Below, piece after piece: positions 1-15,574 of a stretch of DNA of 64,000 nt. The notes under the pieces are model-generated. The model was given only the letters and a program-made list of their open reading frames with translations, made no database searches and was not told where the DNA came from. Position 1 is the first letter of the stretch. The number at the start of each line of letters is the position of its first letter. The position numbers and the translations under genes were made by a program. The stretch spans positions 3,782,001 to 3,846,000 of the forward strand of contig NC_087437.1 of NCBI RefSeq assembly GCF_036321535.1, read 5' to 3'. The stretch comes from Camelus dromedarius. Its lineage: Eukaryota.

Positions 1-239
1 TGAATCACAGTTGCACACAAGAAGTCTGTTGAATAAATCCACATCTCAAGAATCTCAAAATTAGAACTAATGTTAAAGTGTTAACAGTACAGCTTGCTAC
101 ACTGAATACAGCGTGAATTTTTCACATCAAATTAACAGTTTATGTTGAGACAAATCTGGGGCCACAATGTACATTGTACTAGTCACATCCAATTTCTACT
201 TTCAAGAGCAGAAATCCGCATCAAAAACAAAGATCATAC

Positions 240-301
240 CAATGGCATTCTGGTGGCATAAGTTTACTCAGTTCTTCAAGAGATTTTTCTGAACGGTACT
301 C
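240..301 (-). CDS. ATP2C1: ATP2C1 coding exon, EYRSEKSLEELSKLMPPECH(C) (62 nt)
   Basis: tctttttaatag| acceptor and TTG|gtatga donor; completes the P-type ATPase QEYRSEKSLEEL motif. The gene continues beyond position 1. Confidence 0.97.
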
Positions 302-1297
302 CTATTAAAAAGAAAAGAATATTAAGAAAAACATTTATAAAGAAACACAAGTATGTCCATTAAGAACATTTGCCATGTTGCCATGTTAGACTTAATTAAA
401 AATTGACCTCAATCATTATTTTAAAATTTCCCCCGATTTTTATCTTTTCCTTTACTTGCACTTATATTCCTACATATAAAAGCTTGTCCCTTCTTAAATA
501 ATATTAAATTATAGTCACCAATTTTAATAATTAAGTATTCCCAATTTTATACTTTAACATTCAACGTGCAAGCCTATGGTCAAGTTATTTACAAGAAAAT
601 GAAGAAAAGTGATTAGTATGTCCAAAGAGTATGTAATTTTCAGTCATTAAAAGTTAAGACTATTGAGCCTCATAACTAAGACAGTTTTACTTTTAGTGTT
701 TAACGACCAAAGAAGTCAAAGACAATTAACTGCAAACATTTGCTCTGAGGATTTGAGCCCCTGGTAACTGTACAGGTTTAAGGACTAAGTTTTCCGGGAA
801 AGAACATGCAATCAACAAGGAGTGAGGTATCAAGGCCCAACTTTACAGACACCTTCCCCAGGACTCTGAATTACCCAAAGGGGGAGAGGCTCAGGAGCCC
901 TGACTCTGACGCTCCAGCCTTCCTCCATCTATACAATCATGGCTGAGGGCCAGAGACACCCTCCGCCTCACTGTACTATTTGGTCCACATGTTCGTGGTA
1001 GTCTTGCTGCACTCAACATCACTGCTACTTCTGTCTCATGTCTGCACTAAGCAACCCATCTTTGGATCTAAGGTTAAAGGGGAGAAGGATCAGGGAGAGC
1101 AGTGGGAGTGAAAGTCGCGGAGTGTCTTGAAATGACCGCAGTGCTAGTACTAACCAAAATTTCACACCCACCACAAACTTTTTCAATAGAAAATGCAAAG
1201 CTGTATAAGAATAACTTAGAACTAAATCAGTCTTTACTTAGGCAAGAGGAACAAATGTGAGAATAATGTAAATCTGTAAATATAAAAATCACAAGAC

Positions 1298-1481
1298 CTC
1301 CAGTGCAATACACAGCCAAGGAATATGGTCAATAATATTGTAATAACTTTGTATGGGGATGGGTGGTCACTAGACTTATCACAGTGACCATTTCCTAACT
1401 CATGCTAGGATCAAATCACTGTGTAGTGTGCCCAGAACTAACAACAGTGTATGCCAAGTATATTTCAATTTAAAAAAAAAA
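1298..1481 (+). mobile_element. 5'-truncated L1 3' end with poly(A)
   Basis: L1MA-like 3'UTR and A-tail; degenerate TSD aaaaatcacaagac (1284-1297) / aaaaattataagac (1477-1490). Confidence 0.75.
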
Positions 1482-3494
1482 TTATAAGACACCCCTCCCC
1501 CAACCACACCAAGTGTATTAAGGAATTTGGAAGTTTTCCCCCCAAATTCTGTAAAAAGCTAGGAAACACTCACCAATCCTAGATCCTAGTACTAAATGAC
1601 AGTATCTGCCCAAACTGAAGAGGGAGAGGAAGGCTGAACCTCCCTCTTCAGACTTCTTAGCCCTTACTCCCTATAACTACAAAGATACCTCTACATCAAA
1701 ATGATCCTTCAATACACCATCAAAAACTTCACAGCCATCTCAAATAAACACCTAAAAGTTAAATCTTAAATTCATTGTAAGGTGGCATCAATATGTGACT
1801 AAATAGAACAATTAGCTATTTTTAAGGCTGCAAGGGTGTACAATGGGATGAGGCATGGAGCTCAGGAAGAGGGGGAAAGACAGACGTAAATCGTAAAAGA
1901 ATATGAAAAGCACTCTCCGCCTAAAACACAGGTAAAAACACAAATATAAATAATGATGAAGAATTAAGACTTTCTGATAGATTTTTGAGAGAGTTTTTTG
2001 ACCAGTCATTATGGTATGTTCAACTGACAGCAAATAGGATCCTTTTAGAGAGTGTTTTTAATTGCTGTTTATAGAATATTTTGTTGGTTTCATAAACGTA
2101 TCTGGGGAAAAGGCTCACATCTGCATAAGAAGCCAGACCTACCAATCTGAAACTGGGCATTTCATAAATGTTTTGATTCTTAAGTTTTCCTTCAAATGAA
2201 CCTATTATAAAGATATGTGCCAGATGGTTTCAGTCACTGCATTTAAGGTATATTATACAACACACTGTCTTTGGGAAAATTCCACTGAGTATGTTAAAAT
2301 AGCAACTTTGTATAATTTTTTGAGGGTAGGGCTATTTACCAAAAGAACAAGCTACTAAGGTCTATACACAGGGACAATACTGGAGGGACCCTGAAGAAAG
2401 CCACTGCATACATCTGTAGCATCATTAAAGATGTGAGAGGCTCCAGTTACTGGTCCAGTGGGCTGTACCACCCACATGACCAAATGAACAGCTATGTTGA
2501 ATGATGCCCGCCTGGAATGACTTCTGCTAAACTCACCCCTCCACCAGCCCTAAGGCAACTTCTATCTGCTCTAAACAAGAGGGTTCCCTAGAAACAGGAT
2601 CCCTGATGGTATACTAATGGAACTCACAAACTTGCTGCAGATAATCTGATTCTAACTGGGTTACTATAAAACAAGTATCTTACTAAGTTAGAGATTACTA
2701 TAGGAGGCCTGGATAATGACAGGAAACACCCAAGGAATACATCATAGAAAATAACCATGGTCACATCAAATATAGTCTTAAGATTCAAAACAACATGAAC
2801 TCCAGGATCATATGACATATTACATTTTCCTCATAAACTAGAATAATGCTTCTAGTCTTTTTTGTTTTTAGAACAATCTTTCTAGTCTTATTAATCATGT
2901 TTTAAAACTTTTAGCTAATAAAATGGGACCAGCCAACATTTCCCTAACATCTGCATAAGTTATCATATATTTAAACATGACACAAAGCCTATGTTTTTAT
3001 TTATGCCTATACTTGTCAACAGAATCCACATATTATCTCTACATTATTCACATTAATTTTAATGTATTTTCATATATGTTATTTACTGTTTCAACGTCTA
3101 TGCAGAATAGGGAGTTTGATCCAGATCATAACACCCCTTCCCTGGAGGAGTGAGGCATTTGAACCCTGGCCCAATTTTTTAACTGGAAAAAATTTAAAAA
3201 CCTATTGCTGGATTTTATTTCTATCACTGTACTTTTTGTGTTCATCTGCTTCAGCTATCTTTAACACCATCAAATAAAAAGCTAGATTTCCTTCATGCCA
3301 CTACCCAAACCAAAGTCAAGGTAGTCCCACAAACTTCCCTGGAGAGTTGTTATTTCTGAAATTATTTCAAAAACAAAGAATAAATTGTTCTGACCACTAT
3401 AACCATCCTCCCAAACATTTCAACATAAGCCACCTTAATTTTTTAAGCAATGAACTAAAATATCACTTTTATGTTGGCAAAATAGGCTACTTAC

Positions 3495-3530
3495 CTGAAC
3501 AAAGGCAACCGTGACGACGATGAGTATTGC
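3495..3530 (-). CDS. ATP2C1: ATP2C1 coding exon, AILIVVTVAFVQ (36 nt; TM2)
   Basis: tcctgtttag| acceptor and CAG|gtaagt donor; in frame with both neighbours. Confidence 0.96.
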
Positions 3531-3724
3531 CTAAACAGGACAGAGAAACCACCTTTTAAATCAGACACTGCAGCCTCTGAAACAACTACTAACCACGTTA
3601 TTTCTCTCTTCAGCCCCAAGACACCAGACACTCAGCACCAAGATCGGCTGGAGAAGGAATCACAACACTGCCTCGCAGCACGTGGGGGAGACATCGACCG
3701 CGGAGGCGCCTGCCTCCCTGAGAA

Positions 3725-5044
3725 CAGCTCCTCAAGTGTTCTGATCTCAGGGCCTCTTTACGTGCAAACTGAGGACCAGCTTTTGCTTATGTGGGTTATA
3801 GTCACTGATATTTACCATACAAAGTACTTTCTCAATTGTTCAATTTAACTTCTACTTATTAATTCATCTAAATAAATAATAAGCCCATTAGATGTAGCGC
3901 ATACGTTTTTTAGGAAAAATTTTTTCCCATGCAAAAAAATTTTGAGAATAGTGGCAGGGTTTTCATTTTTCCATCTTTAATGTCTGCTTTAATAAAAAGC
4001 TGGATTCTCATATCTGCTTCTGCATTCACATCTACTGCAATATGTTGATTAGGCTAAAGTATACAAAGAACACTCAGCCTCATACAGATATTACTGGAAA
4101 AGGGAAGAGTATTTTAAAAAGCCTTTTCAGATGACTGTGGATATCATTCACAGCTTCTACACCAAAATTAGACAACTGTTAGCTACTTTAAAAGTAATTC
4201 ACAATGTAGAATCTAAAACTATATCAATGAACTTTTCATAATCCATTATATCAAAATTTATTGATCTCTTCTGCATTTTGAATGGATCTTTTATCACTGA
4301 ATACTTTGTATCATCATGCACTCTGGTTATTCAGAAAAGACTGCTTCACTTGGTTATTCGAATCTTTCAAATGTTGATACATTTCCTGATAATTAAAAAA
4401 AACAGATTCACTGAAATCACTGCTGATCTCATTAGAATAAAGTCTTAAATACTGGGAAGTTATTCAGTATAAAATAATGCATTAACCTTTGGCAAAATTC
4501 TAATCATTTTAAAGCTTGAATTTTACCATCAGCAACAAATTCTGTCAGTTGTTTTTCTTGTAGTGACAGGCTCATTTCATTCACTTTCAAACAAAAATGT
4601 GCCAGTTATCCAGGCTTTAATAACCACAGTTTGTCTATCAGTCATTCTTTCAAGTAAAAGGCTAGTTCAGCTCGCCACATGGCCGCTCCTTGAGACAACC
4701 ACCACATTTCAAAAGACAAGAGTCCTTGATGCGTACTTCCCATTTAATCCCCAGAACATTAAAAAGGAAGGTACTTAAGGATCAAGATTTAATGAAATTA
4801 ATTTTTCCTGTTTTATCAAAAACACTGCTAAGAAAAACAACGGAAGAAAACAACGACTACTAGGCAGTTTGGTGCCATTATTTTGATTCAAGCCTCCATC
4901 ACTTTTACGCCATTGATGCAAATGTCTGTTATCAAAAATACAAATAACGTTTTAGCATGATGAAAATATCTGTGATTCTCACATGCTCCCTGAAAGGGTC
5001 TCAGAGACTGCTGGTGTCCACAAGCAAGAGCTCGAGAACCACAG
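3725..5044. mobile_element. Charlie1-family hAT DNA transposon remnant
   Basis: Both termini resemble Charlie1 (ctcaag..tctcagggcctctttac..gaggacc..gcttttgcttatgtgggttata at one end; ccctgaaagggtctc..gagaaccacag at the other). Confidence 0.8.
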
Positions 5045-5531
5045 CTCTGTATTCATTTCTGCTGTGTTCTTAAGCATAACAAACTTGCTCTAATCAATGC
5101 TTGTACTTGCTACAAATTTTTATACTACAATGAAATGGGGGGCAAGAAAAAAGAAAAAAAGATGAGGAATCTTTATTGAAAGCCAGAATAACCTAGCTGG
5201 AAGGAATAAAGTCTTACATAGTAAATGTAGTGTGCATTGTTAAGTAATATTTTTAATTTCAAGTACTTCAGACTTCAGTTCACAAGTAGTGAAAAGATAT
5301 TCTCAACTGTAAATTAAGATAAACTGAATATTAAATGGAAAATTATTATAAAATATTTCATATCTGTGAAATTATCAGATTGGTAAATAACTCTCAGGCA
5401 TGCCAATCACAGACCCTTGAACGTTACTTGAGATCACTGCAACTAAAACCAGAATTTGGATTTTAGCCAAAAAACCAGAAGAAACATTCAGGCATTTCTC
5501 AATTCATTTTCTAAAATGAAAGTCAATCCTA

Positions 5532-5693
<162 letters not shown>

Positions 5694-6509
5694 TCAACAG
5701 TTTTGTATGAACAACAGTTGGGTTCTATCACAGCAGAAGCTTAAAAAAGTAAACTATCAGAGCATGATTAGGAAATTCAACAAGAATCTACATTTGGTTT
5801 ATTTTTATATGTCTTCAATTGACAAAAAAAAAGTTTGTTACAAGCCACCATCTCTTAACAGCTCCTTTTCAGGAAAAAAAGAAAGTTAAATATTAATACT
5901 TAAAACTAACAATTTACCAATTCCTTATAGTTCACATGTCTTTTTAGTATATTAATTTAATAAATAAAGCTGTTCTGAATTTCCACTGGGGTTAGAATAA
6001 ATGGAAAATGATTTTTAAGCTAAAGATTTAGGCTACACATTGGGTAGAATACCTAAGCTACGAAATTCAAACATCCCTCAGCGTTCCTATTCTAAGTAAA
6101 CTGGTGTAGACAACAATTGTGCGGTTGACCCACGTACCACAGAACAACCCCCTGGGGGTTAAGAGCATACAGTAAGATCCTCCCCACAGGAGAAGCAGAA
6201 GATCTTCCCAGCATTGGTTTTTCTGATCCCTACCTAGCAGAGGGAAAAGCATCCAAAGAAACAAAACCACAGCAGCAACTCAATCAGGCAGCCCTTACGT
6301 GACCAAGCATCAAGCCACCCCAGATCTTCCAGTGGGACATCCTACTCCTTAAACTTTAGAGCTCTGTTGCCAGAATGTCTTCCTCTGATGAAATGGTGCC
6401 AACTGCTGTCAAAACTGCAAAGCAACTTTGCAAAGCATGCATCCTAACAGAGAGCCCCAGCCCCCAGGCATGGTAACTGTGATGTTAGAAGGCACCACTC
6501 CTACTTGCT

Positions 6510-6681
6510 TTAGTAGGGGTGCAGCTCTGCTTGCATCAGAATCTTGTGAAAAACTTCTAACAAATGCCCAGGTTCACACCAGAGCAACTAAATTAGCATC
6601 TCTGGGCACAGGGCCCAGCCTTCAGCACGTTTAAAGTGCTCCCCAAGTGACTCTAACGCACAGAGGATTGAAAGTCACTGC
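6510..6681. mobile_element. MER5-family hAT MITE
   Basis: tgcatcagaatc...ctccccaagtgactctaa...gattgaaagtcactg. Confidence 0.6.
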
Positions 6682-8053
6682 AAGAGCAGAATAAAACCAC
6701 AACTGCAACACGGTTCAGGGCTGACAAACCACGCATATGACTGAGTCAGGGTACCCGGGTTTGAATCCAGCTCGACTGGCATGTGGCCTGCATGTTTTTA
6801 AGCCCTGGAGGTTCTTTGTCTACAATGGTACCTTGTACCAAAATCCGTGCTAAAGATTAACTAAGAACGTGTATTAAAGTAAACTATAAAACCCGCAAAG
6901 GTGAGCTGTTACCACCACAGCCTGTGAGCAAGGCCCGTGATCATTTTACTTCCCCTAAAGGAGCTGCCCCACGATGCTGAGAACCCCTCCTGACAGATGA
7001 CCACGTCCCAGACATGTGTCTGCAGATCAACAAGTCCAGTGTTCTCTGCAGGGGGGAAGAGTCGCCCAGCGCTCTGTGACTAACACTTGGTATTTACTGT
7101 CAATTACTGCTGTGCTAGCTTAACTGCGTTACAGGCACTGTTTCATTTCATTCTCACAGCAACCCATGACTCAGGTACTCTAGCTATGAAACAGAATCAA
7201 GAAAGCAAAATATTAAGTCACCCTGCCTAGTGTAAATCAAATCACTGTAATTTGTAAATCCAGAGTAAACCTTTTGAAATTTTAGGTAATGTAGAAATCT
7301 GGTAAATATGAGAACACAGATATGCATATAAAATATTCCATGAAAACAAGACAGATACAAGGTTCTTCTTTAACAACTCTATTTTTCTACTTAAAAAAAA
7401 CTCATTTAATAAAGTTAAAACTGGTAAATTCTGGCTCATTAACAGGCAAAACCCTTCAGAAAAGTTAAACACAAGTCTTTTTTGAAAAAGAACCTGCAGG
7501 TTAGAAGGCATTAGAAAGTTTCTTTACTAAAAAGAATTTATTTGTCTAGCAAACTAGCCCTACAAGTTGAAAACTAACTGAAGGAGTCTTACAGCTTTTC
7601 ACATTAACATACTTATTATCAAGATAAGAAAAATCCTACAGTAAATCTTTCTGAAAAGACTAGGATATTGATGAAATACAATTAAAAATAGGTATCATCT
7701 ATTGATAGCTTAAATCTCCTAAGATTATTAACCCCCTTTTACAGATAAGGCTCAGAGGACAATAAAGAGCACACAGTTAGTAAGAAAGAAAGGTGGGACT
7801 TGTACCCAGGCAGTCTGGATTCAAAGTACCTAACTTACTTCTACTAATTTTCTAAGCTAGCCATATTACTTTAAAAAATAATAGCATTCCTATAATTAAA
7901 ATTGTGTAAGTTAGACGCCTGCAAAGGAAACTACACCACATCCAAGTGATACATCCACAAGCCCTTAAAGATTCAAACACTAAAATTTACAGAAATTCCA
8001 ACCTGACAGTAAATTCTAACAAACAAAAAAATTTAGGTAAGAAATACTTTTTA

Positions 8054-8275
<222 letters not shown>

Positions 8276-8349
8276 CTATTAGATTTTACAAATAAAAGTT
8301 ACTGAAAACGTTAGCAGAGAACAAAAAGGAAAAAAAAAGTACACATTGT

Positions 8350-8600
8350 ACAATCACATTTACAGGAACTTCTACAGCAGTCAAACCACTCCAGGGTGAG
8401 AGCAGCACATCAGTGGCTGCCTGGGGCCAGAGGCCCTGGGAGGGCTCACTGCAAAGAAACATGTGGAGACTTTTGGAGTGATGACAATTTTCTGTACCTT
8501 AGTTGTGGTAATGGTTACATTTGTCAAAATACAAGCTGTACATTTAATATGGGTACACTAAATTTTATGTAAATTACACCTCAATAATTTTTTTTAATGT
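8350..8600 (+). mobile_element. Old L1 (L1MC/ME-like) 3'UTR
   Basis: atcagtggctgcctgggg...tggttacatttgtcaaaa...tgtaaattacacctcaataa. Confidence 0.7.
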
Positions 8601-9411
8601 AAGCAACAAGATAGTTTAATTAAAAAAAAAAAGATTTTCTACAGGGACAGAGGAATAACACAAACCAGCAACATGACGTATAGAAAGCAAAATATCAGTA
8701 CATTTTAACTAGTTTTCTTTGTTTTCACTGTTGTTCTGCTGTTTTCTAAACTTAGTTTCTCCAAAATATCTGTATCTTTCTTGTTCTCTGAGATTGGTAT
8801 TACCATTTGCTCTTGGGCTGTATTATTATGCCAGGCAAAAAATCTGTGGTTCCTAAATTACTCAAAATAATGAAGTTAGGATGAACTGGTTCTTGGGACA
8901 GTTTCTGTTTTGTGAACACAACCTACATTCTTTAGTCACTGTCTCTCATGACTTATTATTTTAACTACCATTAAAGAATGAAATTACATGCATCTCTAAA
9001 AAAATTAGTTTATGTGGCCAAAAGCTTTATAACAGAGTTCAATAACAGAATCTTGCAACAATTAAGTATATTTAAAGTTAATGGTTTTAAAACAGAACAT
9101 AAATACAACCCTCCCGCAAAGAGCCTCAAAAAAAAGGACATCCAATGTGTTTAATGCCATCGTTAATATATGTGAGTTCTGAAGGAAAAATAAAAAATAT
9201 TCTTTTCTTCATGTTTCATTAGATTGTGCTTTTTAAAACTAGGAAGGGATTAAATTACATAAGCAAGGTTTATTTGCAGTTCTGAACTTGTACCTGGCTT
9301 TTACTTTACTTTAGAAAACAAAGATAAACTAACTCTACTTATATAAATAACTGATTTCTTTCCTAACACAAAGGCTCATGAGCACTAGCAGTGCGAGCAA
9401 TGCTATTAATC

Positions 9412-9600
9412 TAGAGCTGCACCAACCAATCAGCCACATGCAGCTATTTAAATGTTCATGAATACAAATTAAATTCAGTTCCTCCCCTAAACTATCTGTA
9501 TTTCAAGTACTCAATCGTCATGTTTAACTAGTGGCTACCGCACTAGACGGTGCAGAACAGAGTATTTCTCTCATCACAGAAAATTCTATTAGACGGCACT
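9412..9600. mobile_element. MER3-like hAT MITE
   Basis: agccacatgcagctattta...tttcaagtactcaat...ctagtggctacc...catcacagaaaattctattagac. Confidence 0.75.
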
Positions 9601-9636
9601 TACCTGTAGAGTCTATGTGACTTATTTTACTATCTA

Positions 9637-9774
<138 letters not shown>

Positions 9775-11924
9775 CTAGGGAATAAAACCAAAGGAAAATA
9801 TTTGAATAGATCAAACAATTCTAATGCAGTCTAGAAAAACAATGCAAGTCCAAATGTTCCCAGAAACTTGTTTTCACAGTTAGAAAACAAGTATTTTCAG
9901 ACTAATAATGAGTATCTAGTCCTAATAAGATAATTTTACACTAACTATTGGCTATCCCAGGAAGCACACTGCAAAAGTTAAGTCACCAGTGCCAGCCAGA
10001 ACACAAAATAATTTTCACATTAAATAAAAGATGCTACTTCTACAGCAATGTAATGAGTAAAAATGTCCTGTCCTGCTAAATGTCCTGTCTAGCAGAGCCT
10101 GGTGATTACACGCAGTCATAATCCTCTGAACTCATTATGTTTAACACGACAAGAACAGCTAAGCTTCCTCCATCTTAACTACTCCTGGTATCAGCTCATT
10201 TCTCAACTTTACAGGAAGGACACCAGGCTCCTGTACCGAAGCACCAAGCACCATGACAGAAAGTCAGGCTTACAGACCTACTCCCCAGAGAGCCTGGACC
10301 AGTGGAGGACACACAGGTGAGTGCAGGGGCTGTGAGAGAGCAGAGTAAGTCATAGAAAAGGTGGAAACCATGGTGCCTTCTCAGTGCAGCTTCGTAAGTA
10401 ACTGTCTGCAGAAAAGTGTTTAATACACTTCTGGAAATAAATCCCCAATCCATACTCATCTTAGGTTCTACAGTGAGATTCTTTATAGACAAAAAGTTTT
10501 GGAAAAGTAAAAGAATGGGAGACAAAAGTGCTCCACAGAAACTTCAGAGAACAAAACACTTCAGTTGCCACACATCCACTGATTTTTAAACAACACTGAA
10601 ACTGAAGTGGTCATCTTACTGCCAAGATACAAATCTTTAAAGTCTCAGGTGAAATGTTCTCAACCTTGAATAATAAACATTTTCAGGATAAAATATTTCC
10701 CTAAAATTTTTTTGAGGCAACACTTCTTTAAAACAATAAATAAGGTCAAAAAATAATAATAATTTAAGTTTCTATTATTATTAAAGTGTCTGTCACTGTA
10801 GAGGCCTATATCCATTAAAAAAAATCTTTGTACTTACTCCATAAAATTGTAAATAACTATGGAAAAAAAGTATTGTTAAATATTTAAGTACTTTAAAGAA
10901 AAAAAGAGTATTTTTCTTTTAATGAGAAAATATTAGTAACCAAAATTCTGAGGAAATTGGAAACAGATGATTGTTCTTGACATGGTTATTTTATCTTGTG
11001 AGATCATAAAGAAAAATTAAAAGGGATCAAATATGTTTACACTGCCTGCAGTGATAGAGGGATCAAGAAAATCTTATTTCCAAGGTTCTCGACCCTCACT
11101 TTCTTCATATATAACATGAGGAAAAACAGTGCCTGAAGTTATTTGGGGACTACATCCATTAATACAGCACTTGACTCACCAATAATAAGCACTCAAATAA
11201 CCATTTTCTCCCCAAACTATTTAATATTTATATGTACATATTCAGTAGTATAATGAGCTCAATACAGAACTAAAATACTAATCAAGTTAGTAAAGCTAGA
11301 TTTGCAATAATTCTATTAAGCATACTTTCCTATCATTAATATACTGGAAATTCCCATCTCTAGCATCCAATATGCAGGACAAGAGCCTTACTCGTGAAAT
11401 CTTTTTTAAGTAATCCTTTGGTAGTTGGTACACAGACAGGGACTATGTTGGAACACACGTTACATACAGTCCGTCAGGAGCATTCCATGGGCCCAGAGGG
11501 GCTCAAAAATCTCAGCAGAAGGAAGTGACACCATTTCATTTAATAAAGGATCTGACACAGAAAGGGAAGGATGATTACTCTCTCAATATACGAAGGGCTG
11601 CCATGGGAAAGAGGGTAATCCCCAAACCAAAGGACCAACTTTGGGACTTAGAATGAAGAGTGCTGGGAGCCAGAGGGGAGGCCGAGGCCATCTACCAGAA
11701 GGATCGATTTCACTGAAGGGGTTTCTACAACGGAGGCAGGACACAGCACAGTAAATTGTTGGCCAAAGGCAGTGATGTTAACTGTATTTATGCTAACTAG
11801 ATTCTGTCAACTTAAAATTATGGAAATTATTACATTTTAATCCTATTTTCTTTTTGAGAAATGTTACAGGGATTTATCAACTCAATTGAGTTGTTAGTTA
11901 TATGGATCGTAAGAATATTTTAAT

Positions 11925-13810
11925 TTGTTCATTCAGTCTTTCAACACCTGCATTTACTGAGAGTCCTACTCTGTGCTAGGCCCTCAGGACTTAACAATGA
12001 GCAAAACAGGGGTGAGGGGAAGCTACAGGGAAACAGGAAACAGATCTTAACAAATAAATGGAAACTGAAATGACTGTTGCCAGGAAGGAGAAGTCCGTGG
12101 GTATGGGAGCCTGCCATCAGGATGAGGAAGTATGCTTACAGAAGTGAAAGACAAGAGGCCGCCTACCAAAAGGGATGGAAGAACAGAGGGAACTGAATGC
12201 GCAAAGCTCCCAAGGAAGGGGAGTATGGCCAGAATGAAGTACTGAAAGAAGGTTGGCACTGATTCCCTTACGTATTCAGTCTTCTGACGCGTAATCAATG
12301 CTCGTTGTGTACCAGACACTGTTCTCGGTAGGAGGGACACAAAAGTGACCACACAGGTAAGAACTCTAACCTCATGGAGCCACATACCAGTAAGGAATGT
12401 GTGATACAATAAATGTTTCAGAAAACAATTATGAAAAGAAGGATAAGCGGGGGGGGGGGGGAGAGGGGATGTGCTTCATTTTATACAGGGGGGAGGGAAG
12501 TGGGTGGGCAAGGTGACCTCTCTAGTAGACATTTGGACAGAGATCTGAAAGAAGCAAAGGAACTAGCTGGTAGACATCTAGGCAGAACAGTGCAGGAGGT
12601 AGGTGGGCATGTGTGCACACAGGAGAGGTCCACGTTGAAGCCAGCTTGTGTGTCATGAGCACATAAAATGGTACTGAACGTGAGCGTGAACACGTACATT
12701 AGCACAGAAGAAAGGGCAGAGTTCTGCAGGCTCCTGGAGCATCCTCCTAACATACAGAGATCCAAGGTAAGCAGTAACAAAGAGAAAAGACCAAGAAGGA
12801 GCAACCACGGAGGTAAAAGGAGAATCAGAAGAGAAGCCATGGGAGGCAAGTATTTCAAGGAGGCTGGAAAGGGCTGGGCCAAATGTCACTGAAAAGTTCA
12901 GATAAGGACTAAGAACTGCTCACAGGACTTGGTGACACGGAGATAAATAAAGAAGAGATTCAATGTGGTTGAATAATGGAGGCCAAAAATCAGACAGAGG
13001 TGGGTTCAGAGAAAACAGAAGAGAAGGTAGAGGCTGTAAGTATAAATCATGCTTTCCCATTCCAACATAAAAGAGGAGCAGGGAAATGGGATTATAACCA
13101 GCATGGAATGTAGGATCAAGAGGTGGAGGTTTGTTTTGTTTTTTTAAGATGGAAGAAATAACAGCATGCTTGTATGTTGATTAGAATGGTAACTAATAAC
13201 AGAAGAGAGACAGGACAACTGATACAGCGAGGGGAGTGGAATTTGGCCCACTGCAGAATAGCTGGCCTTAGATAAGGGATGGACAGTTCATTCAAAGCTG
13301 CAGGTGGGAAGGCACAGGGACACAGGCAGGATGCAGGCATGCTGGTAGCTGTGGTGGAGGCAACATATGGAAACACTCTGACAAGTATCTGCACTGAAGA
13401 AACCAAGATGACATATAAAGCAAAAACAGACTAAAGAAGTAGGGGCGATACCACAGGGCCCTAGGGGCCACACTGTAGAATTTCTGTATTGATCCTAAGA
13501 GTAAAAGGAAGACTTTGAAGTGTGGTCTAAAAAAATTAATAATAAATAAAAGCCACAGGTTGGCAAATAAAAGGAGCAGAGGGTAAAGTGGTGAGAATAC
13601 ACCACTTTAGACACTACTGACACTATTCCTTAAGTCTGAACAACAGCTAGGTGTGGCTTGGACAGGTGACAGGGTGCAGGCACAGAAGTCGAGGCAAAAA
13701 TGACAGGATGTGATGATCAACTAGGTACACACATCAAGAATTACACTAGATTTCTAGCTTGTTTTACAGGCTGGACAGCAACGCTATTCACCATGGTAAA
13801 GAATACTGGG
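11925..13810 (-). mobile_element. Cluster of L2 fragments
   Basis: L2 3'-end signature ttcattca...catttactgag..cctactctgtgctagg followed by purine-rich L2 body pieces. Confidence 0.65.
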
Positions 13811-13814
13811 AGAC

Positions 13815-14395
13815 TCTTCAACAAACGGTGCTGGGAAACTGGATAACCACACAAAAAAGAATAAAGCTGTACCGCTCCCTCACAACATATATAAAAATTA
13901 ACTAAAAATGGATCAAAGAGCTAAATGTAAGCGTTTAAACTATAAAACTCTTAGAAGAAGATATGGGCTTAAATCTTCTTGACCATGGTGTCGTAAGACA
14001 TGACACCAAAAGTATAAGAAACAAAAGAAAAAAGATTGAACATCATCAAAATTTTAAAATTTTGTGCTGCAAAGGACACCATCAAGAAAAAGACAACCCA
14101 CAGAGTGGGAGAAAATATTTGTAAGTCATTTATTTGATAAGGGGCTTATACCTACAATGTATAAACTTTTACAAGTCAATAGTAAAAGGACAAATAACCC
14201 AAATAAAAAATGAATACATTCCCACAGAGAAGATATACAAATGAGCAATAGGCATAATAGAAGACCCTCAACGTCATGAAGAAAATACACGTTTAAAGAC
14301 AGATGGTAACAAGCACTGGTGAGAAGGCAGAGAAACTGGAACCTCTATACACTGTTGGTGAAACTGCTAAAAGGTGCTGCCGCTACGGAAAAGCT
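13815..14395 (+). mobile_element. L1 ORF2 3' fragment
   Basis: ctcttcaacaaacggtgctgggaaactgga...aaaattaact.aaaatggatcaaaga.ctaaatgtaag, typical late L1 ORF2. Confidence 0.85.
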
Positions 14396-15574
14396 CGGCT
14401 CAGCTACTACATATCATTATTACGCTATTGTGCAAATATTTCAGCCTAAAAACAATCTGTGAGGGATTTAGTAATGCTTCAATTTTAAGAATTATAAAAC
14501 ACAAGATCGATCACATTAAGTTTAACTGAAGTTAACCATCTTAATTAACCATCTGAAAGCAAACCATTTTAAGAGACAATATGTCTTTCACATGTTTTCA
14601 CAGGAATGTATTGTCTACAGTCCCAGGTTTCAAGGAAAACTCCCCTGAGCTAAGTCATGAAGAATGGATGCCAGAGAATGGCTAAGATATGCCAAGGGAA
14701 TGTTCCAAACAAGAGGTGAGCACTACGAAAAGCCATAGCAATGGAAATTTAATTTGTATGTGACCAGACCAATCTGGCTAAAATGAAAGAACTGTTTTAT
14801 TATGTACTTCTACCTCTACTAAATGACCCACATCTACCCAGACAATAAGACAAGCCATAAAGTTTTTAATTGGATGCATTTAAAAACTGCAGAAACTTTC
14901 AGGTATTTAAGATGTGTAAATAATTCAGTTAAATGAGTCCTATATACGTAAGGCTCCGTCACAAACCTACTACATGATGTTCTGCTACAGCAGCCAGGGC
15001 AGACTAAGACAGGGCTCTTCTCTTGTTTTAACCCAAGTGTCCAGGGCCCCCATCACTGGGGAGCGGGACTCTGTGAGTCTGGGGTGAAGCCAAAACACTC
15101 ATTTTTAAAAGCTACCCAGAGTGGGTCTCATGTACAGCCAAAGTGAATAATCACTGGTCTAGAGGATAGGGCTGAAAGGCATAGTTAGATTAAATACAAA
15201 CAGTAGAATATTTTATTTTTAAAAGGTAAATACCCTCTAAAACGAGCCACCACCAAAAGCTTACACGCCACCCCTGAGGAAAAACTAGTTTTACAAAGTT
15301 TGTCACTTCATTCAGCACATGGACAGAAATCTGATTTTTAACAGCAAGGCAGCAAAGGTAGCCCAAATTACCCAACAGAAGTCTAGCTATGTGGGAAAAC
15401 TGAGAACACCTCATCTCTGCAAAGTTCAGGAGTATTAAAATAAGAGTTATTAAAAGTTTCCAGGTCAACTCTTTGACAATAAATTTTTCCAAGTTTCACT
15501 TGCAAGTAATCAGAAAGATCTCTAAAGCCAAAGAAAATCAAGTGTGCCAGGTATTAAACTTGAAAGAACTAGGA

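Noticed and set aside
12047..13473. Cluster of hydrophobic minus-strand ORFs
   Set aside because: Lies in L2 remnants; the hydrophobicity follows from pyrimidine-rich composition.
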